A stretch of DNA of 45,311 bases from Candidatus Eiseniibacteriota bacterium (GTDB lineage: Bacteria; Eisenbacteria; RBG-16-71-46; JABDJR01; JAWXBZ01): assembly GCA_034440375.1 (NCBI GenBank), contig JAWXBZ010000081.1, positions 1-45,311 on the forward strand, written 5' to 3'. Positions 26,145 through 35,652 of the stretch are shown one piece after another. The notes beneath the pieces were generated by a model that was given only the letters and a program-made list of their open reading frames with translations, made no database searches and was not told the origin of the DNA. The number at the start of each line of letters is the position of its first letter. Positions within the stretch are counted from its first letter, which is position 1. Made by a program: the position numbers and the translations under genes.

Positions 26145-26548
26145 GGCGTCACGATGATGGTGCCGAGAAAAGCGCCCGTGTAGCCAGGGGGCACATCACG
26201 GCTGAAGTAGTAAAAGGTATCGGCCTCGGTGAACTGACGCTGGTGACGGCCGCCGAAAGCCTCGCCATCCGGGTAACCGTCCAGCCGGACGTCCAGAAGC
26301 TCGCCGACGTCGGGATCCTGCAGCCCCACGCCGGAAGTGACGGTCCTCATGTCCCTGGACCAGTTCTGCCACTCCACGCGTTGATTGATCGTGATCGTGA
26401 CATTGGAGGGGATGAAGGTGGTGTCCCGGATCTTGATCACGACGTCAACCAGCGGGCCGGTTGGCGGGGCCTCACTGCAACCCGGGTTGGCGACGGCGAG
26501 CAGCAGTGCCAGACCAACGAAGGCGGCGGGCACCCGGCCCGACTTCAT
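26141..26548 (-). CDS. Cupredoxin/plastocyanin-fold lipoprotein lacking the type-1 copper ligands
   Basis: Lipoprotein-like signal ending ANPGC. Cupredoxin pattern I-x-D-x-x-F-x-P-x-x-V-T-I...V-x-W-x-N...TVTSG...F...TFYYF...GTIIV. Confidence 0.7.
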   Translation of the reverse strand: MKSGRVPAAFVGLALLLAVANPGCSEAPPTGPLVDVVIKIRDTTFIPSNVTITINQRVEWQNWSRDMRTVTSGVGLQDPDVGELLDVRLDGYPDGEAFGGRHQRQFTEADTFYYFSRDVPPGYTGAFLGTIIVTP

Positions 26549-26710
26549 GCTGTGCAGGAAACAATCGGGCATGTGAAACTCCTGTGGCAAATTGCGGCAG
26601 CGATGGCCGACACCCCACCCTATGTTAGACTTCCGCGCCACCATCTGACCAGTCGTGCCGTGCCGACCCTGCGGCGCACCCGTTTGTCACTACCGGAGGA
26701 TCCGAGCCCC

Positions 26711-28867
26711 ATGTCAGGAACCTGGGGGCCACCGGCCGACCCCGCCGCCAGTTTCCGGAACACCACTCTGGCGGCGATTTTCATGTGCCTGGTCGCCGCG
26801 AGCCCGGCAGCGGCCCGTGTTGTCGTCCTTGGATTTGACGGCGCGGACGCCCGCCTCACCGAACAGTGGATGAACGATGGTCACCTTCCGAATATGGACC
26901 GGCTTCGCCGCGAGGGGACCTGGTCGCCGCTCGGAACCACCACGCCGCCCCAGACTCCTGTTTCCTGGACATCGTTCTCCACCGGCATCAACCCGGGGCG
27001 TCATGGCATCTTCGATTTCCTCTCGCGGGACGTAAAGACCTACCAGCCGGGCTACGCGATGTTTGACATCGGCGTCCAGACGGTTGGACTGGGCAAGGCC
27101 AACGCGCCCGTGGCCGGCCTGGTGCTCGCACTCCTCGTGGTAGCCCTGGCATGGCCCCTCTGGCGCCGCACGCGGCGGCGGGTACCGCTTGTCCTTGTTG
27201 CGGCCCTCGCCGTCGGCAGCCTGGCCGGCATGGCGGTGGCGCGGCTCGTCCCGACCCATCGGCCGCTGGTCACCCGGAAAACCGTGGGGACCCCCTTCTG
27301 GGAGGTCGCCGCGAACGCCGGGAAGAAGTGCCGCATCATCCGCGTCCCGGCGATGTTTCCGCCGAATCCGGTCAAGGGGGGCGAGATTCACGCCGGACTT
27401 GGTGTTCCGGACATTCGTGGCACCAACGGAAACTATACCTATTACACGACAGAAGCCATGAGCCTGGGGGGGGGCAACACCGAGAAAGGGGGCCGCATCG
27501 AGAGCGTGGCCTTCCTGGACGGCCAGACGACAACCCTCATCTACGGCCCGCGAAACAAACTGTTCGAATCGCCCCCGGACATCACGATGCCACTGGATTT
27601 GACGATTCGGCGGCAAGAGGGAGACCGTGGCGTCGACATCCGGGTCTCCGGGCAGACGATCCGGCTGGCCGAAGGGGCCTGGAGTGACTGGGTTCGGTTG
27701 GAATTCGCCTTCAATCCGTTGATCAAGGCACACGGTCTGGCCCGCTTTCATCTCAATTCCGTCGAGCCATTCGGCCTCTATCTTTCACCGATCAACCTCG
27801 ATCCCGAGCACCCGCTGTTGCCGATCAGCCAACCGGAGAACTGGTCCGCTCTCCTCTCCCGCCGCTTCGGTATCTACCGGACACTCGGGTGGGAGAATGA
27901 CACGTTTGCCCTCGACGAAAACATTCTCGGCGAGGAGGCCTTCCTTTCGGATGTGGATGACACCATCAACGCCTGGCTGCCGATGATGGATGCGCTGCTG
28001 ACCGAGGGGGATGTCGATCTGTACGTGCATGTCTGGGACTTCACGGATCGGGTCGGGCACATGTTCTGGCGAACAATCGACCCCACCTCCCCCGCCGCCG
28101 ATTCGCTGGCCGACGCGGAGTGGCGTGATGTCATGCTCAAGACCTACCAGCGGATGGATCAGATCATCGGCATCGTTCATGGAAGGATGCCGCCCGGCTC
28201 CAGCCTGATGGTCTGCTCCGACCACGGATTCAATACCTGGCACAAATCGGTGAACTACAACACCTGGCTGGTCCGGAACGGGTTTATGACGCTGAAGGGG
28301 CCGGAGGGTGGCAAGGCGCTCACACTGGAAGATCTGTTCGGGCAGGGCGAGTTCTGGCCAAACGTCGACTGGTCGAGGACAAAGGCATACGCGCTCGGCC
28401 TCGGCGATCTCTACATCAATTTGAAGGGTCGCGAGGCCGAGGGATCGGTCACCCCTGCCGAGTACGAGTCGGTGCGCCAGGCGCTGATACAGGGCCTGAC
28501 GGCACTTGTCGACTCCACGAACGGGGAGCACCCGGTCCGCCGGGTTCACCGGCGCGAAGACATCTACTCCCAGTTTGACACCAATCTGATTCCCGATCTG
28601 ATCGTGGCCAACAACGCGAAGTATCGGGTCTCCTGGCAAACCTCCCTGGGCGGCATTCCGGCCGAGCTCTTTGAGATCAACGACAAGAAGTGGAGCGGCG
28701 ACCACTGCTCACTGGACGCCGAGATTACCAAGGGGATATTCCTCTCGAGTCAGCGCTACGCCGCGCCCGACCCCAACATCCTCGACCTGTACCCGACGAT
28801 TCTGAATGAACTCGGGGTGGCCATACCGGATGGACTTGATGGCCGCGCCCTGGACAGGCGGGAATAG
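26711..28867 (+). CDS. Alkaline-phosphatase-superfamily enzyme (type I phosphodiesterase/nucleotide pyrophosphatase-like)
   Basis: GGAGGA RBS before ATG 26711. Motifs LGFDGAD, PQTPVSWTSFSTG-x-NPG-x-HGIFDF, TDRVGHMFW, SDHGF, WSGDH. Confidence 0.88.
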   Translation: MSGTWGPPADPAASFRNTTLAAIFMCLVAASPAAARVVVLGFDGADARLTEQWMNDGHLPNMDRLRREGTWSPLGTTTPPQTPVSWTSFSTGINPGRHGIFDFLSRDVKTYQPGYAMFDIGVQTVGLGKANAPVAGLVLALLVVALAWPLWRRTRRRVPLVLVAALAVGSLAGMAVARLVPTHRPLVTRKTVGTPFWEVAANAGKKCRIIRVPAMFPPNPVKGGEIHAGLGVPDIRGTNGNYTYYTTEAMSLGGGNTEKGGRIESVAFLDGQTTTLIYGPRNKLFESPPDITMPLDLTIRRQEGDRGVDIRVSGQTIRLAEGAWSDWVRLEFAFNPLIKAHGLARFHLNSVEPFGLYLSPINLDPEHPLLPISQPENWSALLSRRFGIYRTLGWENDTFALDENILGEEAFLSDVDDTINAWLPMMDALLTEGDVDLYVHVWDFTDRVGHMFWRTIDPTSPAADSLADAEWRDVMLKTYQRMDQIIGIVHGRMPPGSSLMVCSDHGFNTWHKSVNYNTWLVRNGFMTLKGPEGGKALTLEDLFGQGEFWPNVDWSRTKAYALGLGDLYINLKGREAEGSVTPAEYESVRQALIQGLTALVDSTNGEHPVRRVHRREDIYSQFDTNLIPDLIVANNAKYRVSWQTSLGGIPAELFEINDKKWSGDHCSLDAEITKGIFLSSQRYAAPDPNILDLYPTILNELGVAIPDGLDGRALDRRE

Positions 28868-28907
28868 CGTGATGACTTCACTGGCAAAAGGTCCCGGGGA
28901 CTGACCC

Positions 28908-29732
28908 ATGTCGTATCGATCCACCGACGGATCCCCGGGCGCGGGGATCGCTGATCGGCTGACGCCAGGGGTCCGCGTCGTGATCATCGCGTGTGCCCTG
29001 ATATTCGTTGTCCAGATGCTGTTTCACGGTTCCGGCCCGGTCCTTGAGCGGCTGTTCGGGCTCGTGCCGGCGGATCTCTTCGGGCGATGGCACCTGTGGC
29101 AGCCGCTGACCTACCAGTTCCTCCACGGCAGTCTGTTTCACCTCCTCTTCAACATGTTATCCCTCTTCATGTTCGGCGGAGAGATCGAGGGGCGTTGGGG
29201 CACGCCGGCCTTCCTGCGTTATTTCCTCGTCTGCGGCGCGGGTGCCGGCTTGACGCACTGGATAGTCGGCATGGATTCCATGATCCCGGTCATCGGCGCT
29301 TCCGGTGCCATCTTCGGCGTCCTCCTGGCCTACGGCATGATGTTTCCGGATCGAACGATTCTCCTCTGGTTCGTGATCCCAATCCCGGCCCGTTATCTCG
29401 TCATCCTGTTCGGTTTCATCGAACTGGTTGGCGCGGCTTCCGGACCGGCCGATGGTGTGGCGCGATTCGCCCACCTGGGTGGCCTCCTGACCGGATTCCT
29501 CTATCTCAAGAACGAGACACTTTTCCGGCCCCTGAAGAAACGGCTGGGGGTGATGCGCAAGAGCCGCGAGGATGGCCGGCGGGCGGCGGTGGCCAGCCGG
29601 CAGAAGAACAGGCAGGCGGCGATCGATGCCATTCTCGAGAAGATTCAGCGGGACGGCATGGGTGCGCTCACCGAGCGCGAGAAGCAGACGCTGCGCGAGG
29701 CGGCGGAGCGGGGACGCGAACCCCGCCGCTAG
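28908..29732 (+). CDS. Rhomboid family intramembrane serine protease
   Basis: Motifs WQPLTYQFLH, HLLFNM, catalytic GASGA, AHLGG; C-terminal IDAILEKI...G...LT-x-x-EK tail. Confidence 0.93.
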   Translation: MSYRSTDGSPGAGIADRLTPGVRVVIIACALIFVVQMLFHGSGPVLERLFGLVPADLFGRWHLWQPLTYQFLHGSLFHLLFNMLSLFMFGGEIEGRWGTPAFLRYFLVCGAGAGLTHWIVGMDSMIPVIGASGAIFGVLLAYGMMFPDRTILLWFVIPIPARYLVILFGFIELVGAASGPADGVARFAHLGGLLTGFLYLKNETLFRPLKKRLGVMRKSREDGRRAAVASRQKNRQAAIDAILEKIQRDGMGALTEREKQTLREAAERGREPRR

Positions 29733-31030
29733 ACCGACATTGCCGCGAATGACTCCCGGGCAGCGATCCGCGTGGCCTCGATGTCAACCGGCTGATGGGC
29801 CGTTGAAAGGAACCAGGCCTCGAACTGACTGGGCGGCAGGAAGACGCCGCGCGTGAGCATGGCCTGATGAAACCGGGCGAAGGCGCCGCGGTCAGCGCCG
29901 CCCGCCTCCGCATAATTCCGGATCGGACCCCGGGCAAAAAACAGCGTGAGCAGCGAGCCGAGCTGCGTGACCACGACCGGAATACCGGAAGCCGCCGCGT
30001 CCTCGCGGAGCCCCGCGGCCAGGTCCAGGGCGACCGCTTCGAGCGCGGCATACGGTCCAGGCGGCGCCAGCGCTTCCAGGCTCAAAAGCCCGCCGGTCAT
30101 CGCCAGCGGATTGCCGGACAGGGTTCCTCCCTGGTACATCGGGCCGTCGGGAGCCACCAGGCCCATCAGCTCTCGGCTCGCGCCGTAGGCGCCGACCGGA
30201 AGGCCACCGCCGATGATCTTGCCCAGGATGGTGATGTCCGCGGCCACACCGTAGCGCTCCTGGGCGCCGCCCGGGCTGATGCGGAAGCCTGTGATCACTT
30301 CATCGAAAACGAGCAGCACACCGGCAGCCCGGGCAAGGCGGGCCAGTCCTTCCAGGTAGCCCGGCTCCGGAAGGACAAGTCCCATGTTGGCTGCGACGGG
30401 CTCGACCAGGATCGCGGCGTACTCAGAGGGATGAGCGTGCAACGCGGCCTCGACCGCCTTGAGATCGTTGTAGGGCACGACCGTTGTGAGTTCAGCCACG
30501 CTCGCCGGGACGCCGGCGCTGTCGGCCAGCCCCTGCGTGGCGAGTCCGGAGCCCGCGCGTACAAGCAGGGCGTCGAGATGTCCGTGATAGCAGCCGTCGC
30601 ACTTGATCAGGCGTGACCGTCCGGTGGCGGCCCGGGCCAGGCGGACCGCGCTCATGGCCGCCTCGGTGCCGGACGAGGTGAAACGAATTTTCTGGATCGA
30701 AGGAAAGCGAGCCACGACGGCCTCGGCCAGGCGAACTTCCTCCGGGCAGGGAGCGCCGTAGGACGTCCCCAGCGTGGCCCTCGCCTGGAGAGCACTGATC
30801 AGCGCGGCGGGAGCGTGGCCGAGGATGAGAGGACCCCACGACATCACCCAATCGATGTAGTCGTTGCCGTCAATGTCGGTGATGCGGGAGCCACGGGCGC
30901 TGGCGACGAAAAACGGCTCGCCACCGACCGACTTGAAGGCACGGACCGGGCTGTCAACGCCGCCCGGGAAGAGTTCAAGCGCACGCGCAAAGAGTGCGCG
31001 CGAGCGGTCGGTCGGCCGTTCCGGACTCAT
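29729..31030 (-). CDS. hemL: Glutamate-1-semialdehyde 2,1-aminomutase
   Basis: Motifs PGGVDSPVRAF, SWGPLILGH, SGTEA, YHGH, FDEVITGFR, LGKIIGGGLPVGAYG, YQGGTLSGNP, PPSQFE. Start at the ATGA overlap. Confidence 0.96.
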   Translation of the reverse strand: MSPERPTDRSRALFARALELFPGGVDSPVRAFKSVGGEPFFVASARGSRITDIDGNDYIDWVMSWGPLILGHAPAALISALQARATLGTSYGAPCPEEVRLAEAVVARFPSIQKIRFTSSGTEAAMSAVRLARAATGRSRLIKCDGCYHGHLDALLVRAGSGLATQGLADSAGVPASVAELTTVVPYNDLKAVEAALHAHPSEYAAILVEPVAANMGLVLPEPGYLEGLARLARAAGVLLVFDEVITGFRISPGGAQERYGVAADITILGKIIGGGLPVGAYGASRELMGLVAPDGPMYQGGTLSGNPLAMTGGLLSLEALAPPGPYAALEAVALDLAAGLREDAAASGIPVVVTQLGSLLTLFFARGPIRNYAEAGGADRGAFARFHQAMLTRGVFLPPSQFEAWFLSTAHQPVDIEATRIAARESFAAMSV

Positions 31031-31545
31031 GGCGCGGCCGGGGATTCCTTGCCGAGTGCGATCAGGCGCGCATGACGGCGGCGCTCCGCCTCGAGATGGC
31101 GCCGGACCTCGTCCGGCGACTCGATTGAAAGCCACGGCACGACCACGGGATGTCGATCGTCATCCAGCGCCACGAAGGTCAGATAGGCTGATGACGTGTG
31201 GCGGCGCCGGCCGGTCTTTCGATCTTCGACCTCCACGCGCACGCCCACCTCCAATGAGCTGGTGCCGACATAATTGACACTCGCCTTGAGTATCAACAGT
31301 TCACCCACGTGAACCGGCGAGCGAAAATCGATGTGGTCGACCGAGGCAGTGACGCAGAGGGTACGGGCATGTCGGCTGGCCGCGATGGCTGCGGCGACAT
31401 CGATCAGATGCATGACCCGGCCTCCCATGACCGTTCCGGCCGGATTGGCGTCGTTGGGAAACATGATCTCCACCATTTCGACGCGGCTCTCGGAGACCGG
31501 GCGGATCGGGCGCGCACCTTGCGGGACTGCTGCTTCAGCTGGCAC
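31027..31545 (-). CDS. Acyl-CoA thioesterase (hotdog fold, YciA-like)
   Basis: Motifs PNDANPAGTVMGG, VTASVDHIDF, VGTSSLEVGV, AYLTFVALD. Confidence 0.92.
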   Translation of the reverse strand: MPAEAAVPQGARPIRPVSESRVEMVEIMFPNDANPAGTVMGGRVMHLIDVAAAIAASRHARTLCVTASVDHIDFRSPVHVGELLILKASVNYVGTSSLEVGVRVEVEDRKTGRRRHTSSAYLTFVALDDDRHPVVVPWLSIESPDEVRRHLEAERRRHARLIALGKESPAAP

Positions 31546-32512
31546 GGATGCGTTTCACCTCGGCAGTCAGTTTCGGGATGATGTCGAAGAGGTCCCCCAC
31601 CAGGCCGATGTCGGCCACCTTGAAGATGGGTGCCTCGCCATCCTTGTTGATGGCCACGATAATCTTCGACGATGACATCCCCGCCAGGTGTTGAATCGCA
31701 CCCGAGATACCGCAGGCCACGTAGAGGCCCGGGGACACCGTCTTGCCGGTCTGACCAACCTGGTGCGAGTGATCGATCCAACCGGCGTCGACCACGGCGC
31801 GGGAAGCCCCGAGCGCGCCGCCGAAGGCATCGGCCAGTTCCTGGATCATCGCAAAACTTTCCGGCCCCTTGATGCCGCGTCCGCCGGACACGATCACGTC
31901 GGCCTCGGTCAGCTCGACCCGACCGGCCGCCTCGGCCCGTGTGTCAACGACCCGGGCCCGGATGGAAAGTCCGGCCGTATCGACCGCTTCCGTCGTCGCG
32001 GTACGTCCCTCGACAGGCAACGGCCGGAAGACGTTTGGCCGCAGGGTGACGAAGGCACGGGTCCCGTCCGTCGGCTGGACGCTGACACGCACCTTGCCGG
32101 CATACATGGGCCGAACGGCCGAGACTAGAGCCCCGGAGCCCGTCAATTCGACCACGTCAGGGAGATAGGCGAGCTTGAGGCGGGCCGCCAAACGAGGCGC
32201 CATGTCCTTGCCCATCGCCGAGGCGCCCATGAGCACGAGATCGGCGGCGGACATCTGGAAGGCGCGCTGCGCCACGAGGGTGTATCCCTCGGTCGAATAG
32301 TCAGCCAGATCGGAATGGTCGGCCAGGTAGACATGATCGGCGCCAAACCGGGCCGCCTCCGGCGCCAGACCTTTGATTCCCGATCCGGCGATCACTGCGA
32401 CAACCCGTCCGCCACTGGCATCGGCCATGCGGCGCGCCTGGCTCAGGGCTTCATGCGCCGTTTTCTTCATGCTGCCGCCGCGCTGCTCGGCCACTACCAG
32501 AATCGTGCTCAT
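31535..32512 (-). CDS. etfA: Electron transfer flavoprotein alpha subunit
   Basis: Start MSTILVVAEQ with GGAG RBS. Motifs ELTEADVIVSGGRG, GASRAVVDAGW, QVGQTGKTV, GISGAIQHLAGM, AINKD. Confidence 0.96.
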   Translation of the reverse strand: MSTILVVAEQRGGSMKKTAHEALSQARRMADASGGRVVAVIAGSGIKGLAPEAARFGADHVYLADHSDLADYSTEGYTLVAQRAFQMSAADLVLMGASAMGKDMAPRLAARLKLAYLPDVVELTGSGALVSAVRPMYAGKVRVSVQPTDGTRAFVTLRPNVFRPLPVEGRTATTEAVDTAGLSIRARVVDTRAEAAGRVELTEADVIVSGGRGIKGPESFAMIQELADAFGGALGASRAVVDAGWIDHSHQVGQTGKTVSPGLYVACGISGAIQHLAGMSSSKIIVAINKDGEAPIFKVADIGLVGDLFDIIPKLTAEVKRIRAS

Positions 32513-32549
32513 TGCGTGATCTCCGCGACGGGCCAGAAGGCCGCGCCAA

Positions 32550-33332
32550 TTAGATGACCTTGTAGTCCTCATGAAGAAGGCGGACCAGTTCCCTGACCTG
32601 GCTGTCGGCATCGCCGTCGAGTCGGCGCCCCTCCGGGCGCGGAGGCGGTGGCGACACCGCCGTTGTTCGGACCAACGCCAGTGAATCGGCCAATCCGAGC
32701 GTGGACGCATCGACCGGCTCGACCGCCTTCTTTTTCGCCGCCATGATTCCCTTCAGACTGGCATATCGGGGCTCGTTCAGCCCTTTCTGTGACGAAATGA
32801 CCGCCGGCAGCTGGAGCGCCAAAACTTCGACGGCCCCTTCGATCTCACGTTCCGCGGTCGCCGTCTTGCCGTCCGGAGCGATCTCGAGCTTCACGACCAC
32901 GGTGGCCTGCGGCCAGTCGAGGAGTTCGGCCACCATCGACGGCACCGCCATCTGGTCGTCGTCCACGGCCTGTTTCCCCATGAGGACCAGGTCCGGAGAT
33001 TCCGCACGGATGATGGCAGCCAGCAGGGTGGCAACGCTCTGGGCGTCCGTTGCCAGCCGGCTGTCATCCTTCAGGATGCGGGCCCGGTCGCAACCGAGAG
33101 CCAGGCAGGTGCGAAGGCCTTCCTCGGCCCGGGCACCGCCGATGCCGACGGCCACCACCTCGCCCCCCAGCTTCTCCTTGATCCGGAGCGCCTCTTCGAC
33201 GGCGATCTCGTCGTACGGATTGATCACATATTCGAGGCCGGCCGGATCGATCGTGATTCCATCGGCGGCCGGCTTGATCCGCGAATCGGTGGCCGGCACC
33301 TGCTTCACGCAAACCAGGATTTTCAAGGGCAA
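32550..33332 (-). CDS. etfB: Electron transfer flavoprotein beta subunit
   Basis: Motifs ILVCVKQVP, INPYDEIAVEEAL, GKQAVDDD, NEPRYASLKGIMAAKKK. Confidence 0.96.
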   Translation of the reverse strand: MPLKILVCVKQVPATDSRIKPAADGITIDPAGLEYVINPYDEIAVEEALRIKEKLGGEVVAVGIGGARAEEGLRTCLALGCDRARILKDDSRLATDAQSVATLLAAIIRAESPDLVLMGKQAVDDDQMAVPSMVAELLDWPQATVVVKLEIAPDGKTATAEREIEGAVEVLALQLPAVISSQKGLNEPRYASLKGIMAAKKKAVEPVDASTLGLADSLALVRTTAVSPPPPRPEGRRLDGDADSQVRELVRLLHEDYKVI

Positions 33333-33407
33333 CCTCCCATTTCCATCATCCGAAAAAGCCGGTGGAGGTTAGCAGAGCCCGGCAAACGCGGCAAACCGGT
33401 GAACCCG

Positions 33408-34355
33408 TCACTTCTGCTCCCCTGCCCAGATCTGGCGATCGATGATGTTCTGGTAGTCGCTCCATTCGGCGTCCCGCTTCCTTGTGTCGAGGATGATGCG
33501 CTGAAAGGCATTGGCCTGTGCATTCAAGTCGTCCATCTGGTGAAGCAGGATCGCCTCCAGCGACTTCGGCACGACCGGCGAAGCGAAGGCCAACTCGCCC
33601 TGGTGCGAGAGCACCAGGTGCTGAAGGTGCATGGCCAGTGTCCCGGGGAAGTCCTTGATCCGACGAATTCGATCGATGACCATCTGGTTGCCGATCACGA
33701 TGTGACCGAGGAGCCGGCCCGCCGTCGAGTAATCGACGCCCAGTTCCCCCTCGAGTTCATCAATCTTCCCGATGTCATGGACAAAGGCCCCCGCGAGGAG
33801 CAGATCGCGGTCGGCCCGCGGAAAGAGGGGCGCCACGGCGGCAGCCAGTTCAACGAGTTCGGTGGTGTGAAGAAGCAGGCCTCCGTGAAACCCGTGGTGC
33901 CACCGCTTCGCGGCGGCCGCCTGCCGGAAGTGGCCCATGAACTCGGCATCACCCAGGAATAACCCGACGAGCTGCTTGAGCCACGGGTTTGAAATCGTGT
34001 CGAGCCGTGCCATCAGCCGCGCCTCGACCTCGGCGGCGTTTTCCAACGACTCCCGATAGTCCCCGAGCTCGACGGTTCCCTTGTCGACCAGACCAATGCG
34101 GTCGATCTTGATCTGGGGAGAATCACGATATTCCTGGACGCTCCCCTCCACCCGGATGACGTCACCAATCTTCAACGACCGATCCATGGCCTCGGCGTCG
34201 TCCCACAGCACGGCGGCGATGGTTCCGGTTCGATCAGCCAGCGTCATCGAGAGAAAACGGCCTCGCGTGAACTCCCGGAGGCTCTTGGCGGCCACGGCGA
34301 ACTGGCCACTGACCGTGCCCGGCGCCGAAAGCTCATTGACCCACTGTTTCTTCAT
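33408..34355 (-). CDS. yhaM: OB-fold plus HD-domain 3'-5' exoribonuclease, YhaM family
   Basis: OB fold LSMTLADRTGTI...W; motifs AAKRWHH...GGLLLHT, HDIGK, GRLLGHI, LSHQG, P-x-x-LEA. Confidence 0.88.
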   Translation of the reverse strand: MKKQWVNELSAPGTVSGQFAVAAKSLREFTRGRFLSMTLADRTGTIAAVLWDDAEAMDRSLKIGDVIRVEGSVQEYRDSPQIKIDRIGLVDKGTVELGDYRESLENAAEVEARLMARLDTISNPWLKQLVGLFLGDAEFMGHFRQAAAAKRWHHGFHGGLLLHTTELVELAAAVAPLFPRADRDLLLAGAFVHDIGKIDELEGELGVDYSTAGRLLGHIVIGNQMVIDRIRRIKDFPGTLAMHLQHLVLSHQGELAFASPVVPKSLEAILLHQMDDLNAQANAFQRIILDTRKRDAEWSDYQNIIDRQIWAGEQK

Positions 34356-34371
34356 GGCGTTCGTTCTCCGT

Positions 34372-35652
34372 TCAGATTGCCGTTGATTCCTGATCGGCCG
34401 GGGGCGGACGATTCGTCGCGTTGTTCCCCTTCGAGCCGGTACCTCGATGCGAACGGATTCGAATCACGAATCCGATGGCCCAGGCCCAGCGCCAGGCCCA
34501 TGAGGCGGCCGTGGCGAGTGCCGCACCTTCCAGCCCGAATCGGGGGATCAGGAGTGTATTGAGAATCACGTTGATACCGAGCGACAGAATGTTGACAGCC
34601 AGGAAAAGCCGAAGCGCCTTTTCGGAGGCGACGGCTCCAAGCCAGGCCGAGGGGACGACGTAAGCCACCTGAATGATGCCAGCCAGGCACAACAACCCGA
34701 GCAGATGCTGAAAGTCGCCGCCGTACTGCCCCCCATAAATCAGATGAAGCAGGGGCGAACCAATCCACGTGAGCAGAGCACCGGCCCCCCCCGCCAGCAC
34801 CGTCAGCCCGATGAGGAGACGCCGGAGGCCGAGCCCTTCACCGCTGACGATACGCGGCGTCACGACCTGAGCCACCCCGGCCGCGAGTATGCCGTAACCG
34901 GTGAGCGCGATGTTGGAGGCGGCGGCATACCGACCGAGCGCCTCCGCGCTGATGAGGCCCGCCAGGAAGAATGCATCAAGCCGCAACATGAGGCTCGACG
35001 TGAGGAAAAGACCGAAGAAGATGGCCCCTTCGCGGAGGAGGCGCCCCATCGGCAATGGTTCACCGCCCCGTGGCACGCCACGGATGGCAAAGGCGGCCAG
35101 AAACACCTGCAGGAGTCCGGCGGTCGCATACAGGCAGAGGACGGAGGTCAGGCTGAGCTGCCCGGCCAGGAGCAGCGACAGCGTCCCGAGCAGCAGGGCG
35201 GGGCGCCACAGCTGCTGGAGCCATTGAGCCAGCGCAAAGCGGCGGTCGATGGCGAGAATTGATGAGGCCGCGATCGACAGGCTCAGGAAAAGAGCCGCAG
35301 CCGACAGGAGTCCCGCCTGCCATACCGAAAGTCCGTAAAGTCTGGCTGCGAGGACGCCCGCCGACAGCGCCACCATTCCCGCGATGAGTCCGACCCGCGG
35401 GGCGGCAGCCGGCCAGTCAAACCGGGGCAGGTCGTGCCGGGGCATCGCGCGGAGCAGGGCCGCGTTGAGGCCGAACAGCCCGAGGTATCCGGAGAGATTG
35501 ATCAACTTGTTGGCCAGGTCCGCCCGACCAAAATCGCCCGGGGAGAGATTCCGGCCGAGAATCACGTTGGCGATCAGGAATGCGAGCTGGGTCAGGACGC
35601 CGATGAGACTGACCGTGCCGATCTGCACAGCCAGGCCCCGCCGTTCAAGCAA
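34372..35652 (-). CDS. Oligosaccharide flippase (Wzx/MOP family)
   Basis: About 12 hydrophobic segments; motifs LGRNLSPGDFG, LGRYAAA, NVILNTLLIPRFGLEGAALAT. Confidence 0.85.
   Translation of the reverse strand: MLERRGLAVQIGTVSLIGVLTQLAFLIANVILGRNLSPGDFGRADLANKLINLSGYLGLFGLNAALLRAMPRHDLPRFDWPAAAPRVGLIAGMVALSAGVLAARLYGLSVWQAGLLSAAALFLSLSIAASSILAIDRRFALAQWLQQLWRPALLLGTLSLLLAGQLSLTSVLCLYATAGLLQVFLAAFAIRGVPRGGEPLPMGRLLREGAIFFGLFLTSSLMLRLDAFFLAGLISAEALGRYAAASNIALTGYGILAAGVAQVVTPRIVSGEGLGLRRLLIGLTVLAGGAGALLTWIGSPLLHLIYGGQYGGDFQHLLGLLCLAGIIQVAYVVPSAWLGAVASEKALRLFLAVNILSLGINVILNTLLIPRFGLEGAALATAASWAWRWAWAIGFVIRIRSHRGTGSKGNNATNRPPPADQESTAI

Noticed and set aside
25982-26710. N-terminal 243 aa of the 961-aa plus-strand ORF
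   Set aside because: It overlaps two credible minus-strand genes. The real start is ATG 26711, which has a GGAGGA RBS and is followed by a signal-like segment.
29729-29732. Convergent rhomboid and hemL genes sharing CTAG for both stop codons
   Set aside because: This is a common compact-genome overlap with no sign of added function.
33381-33406. Double GGCAAAC resembling the start of a c-di-GMP-I riboswitch
   Set aside because: It is on the strand opposite etfB and lacks the GNRA-capped P2 stem and the downstream conserved elements.
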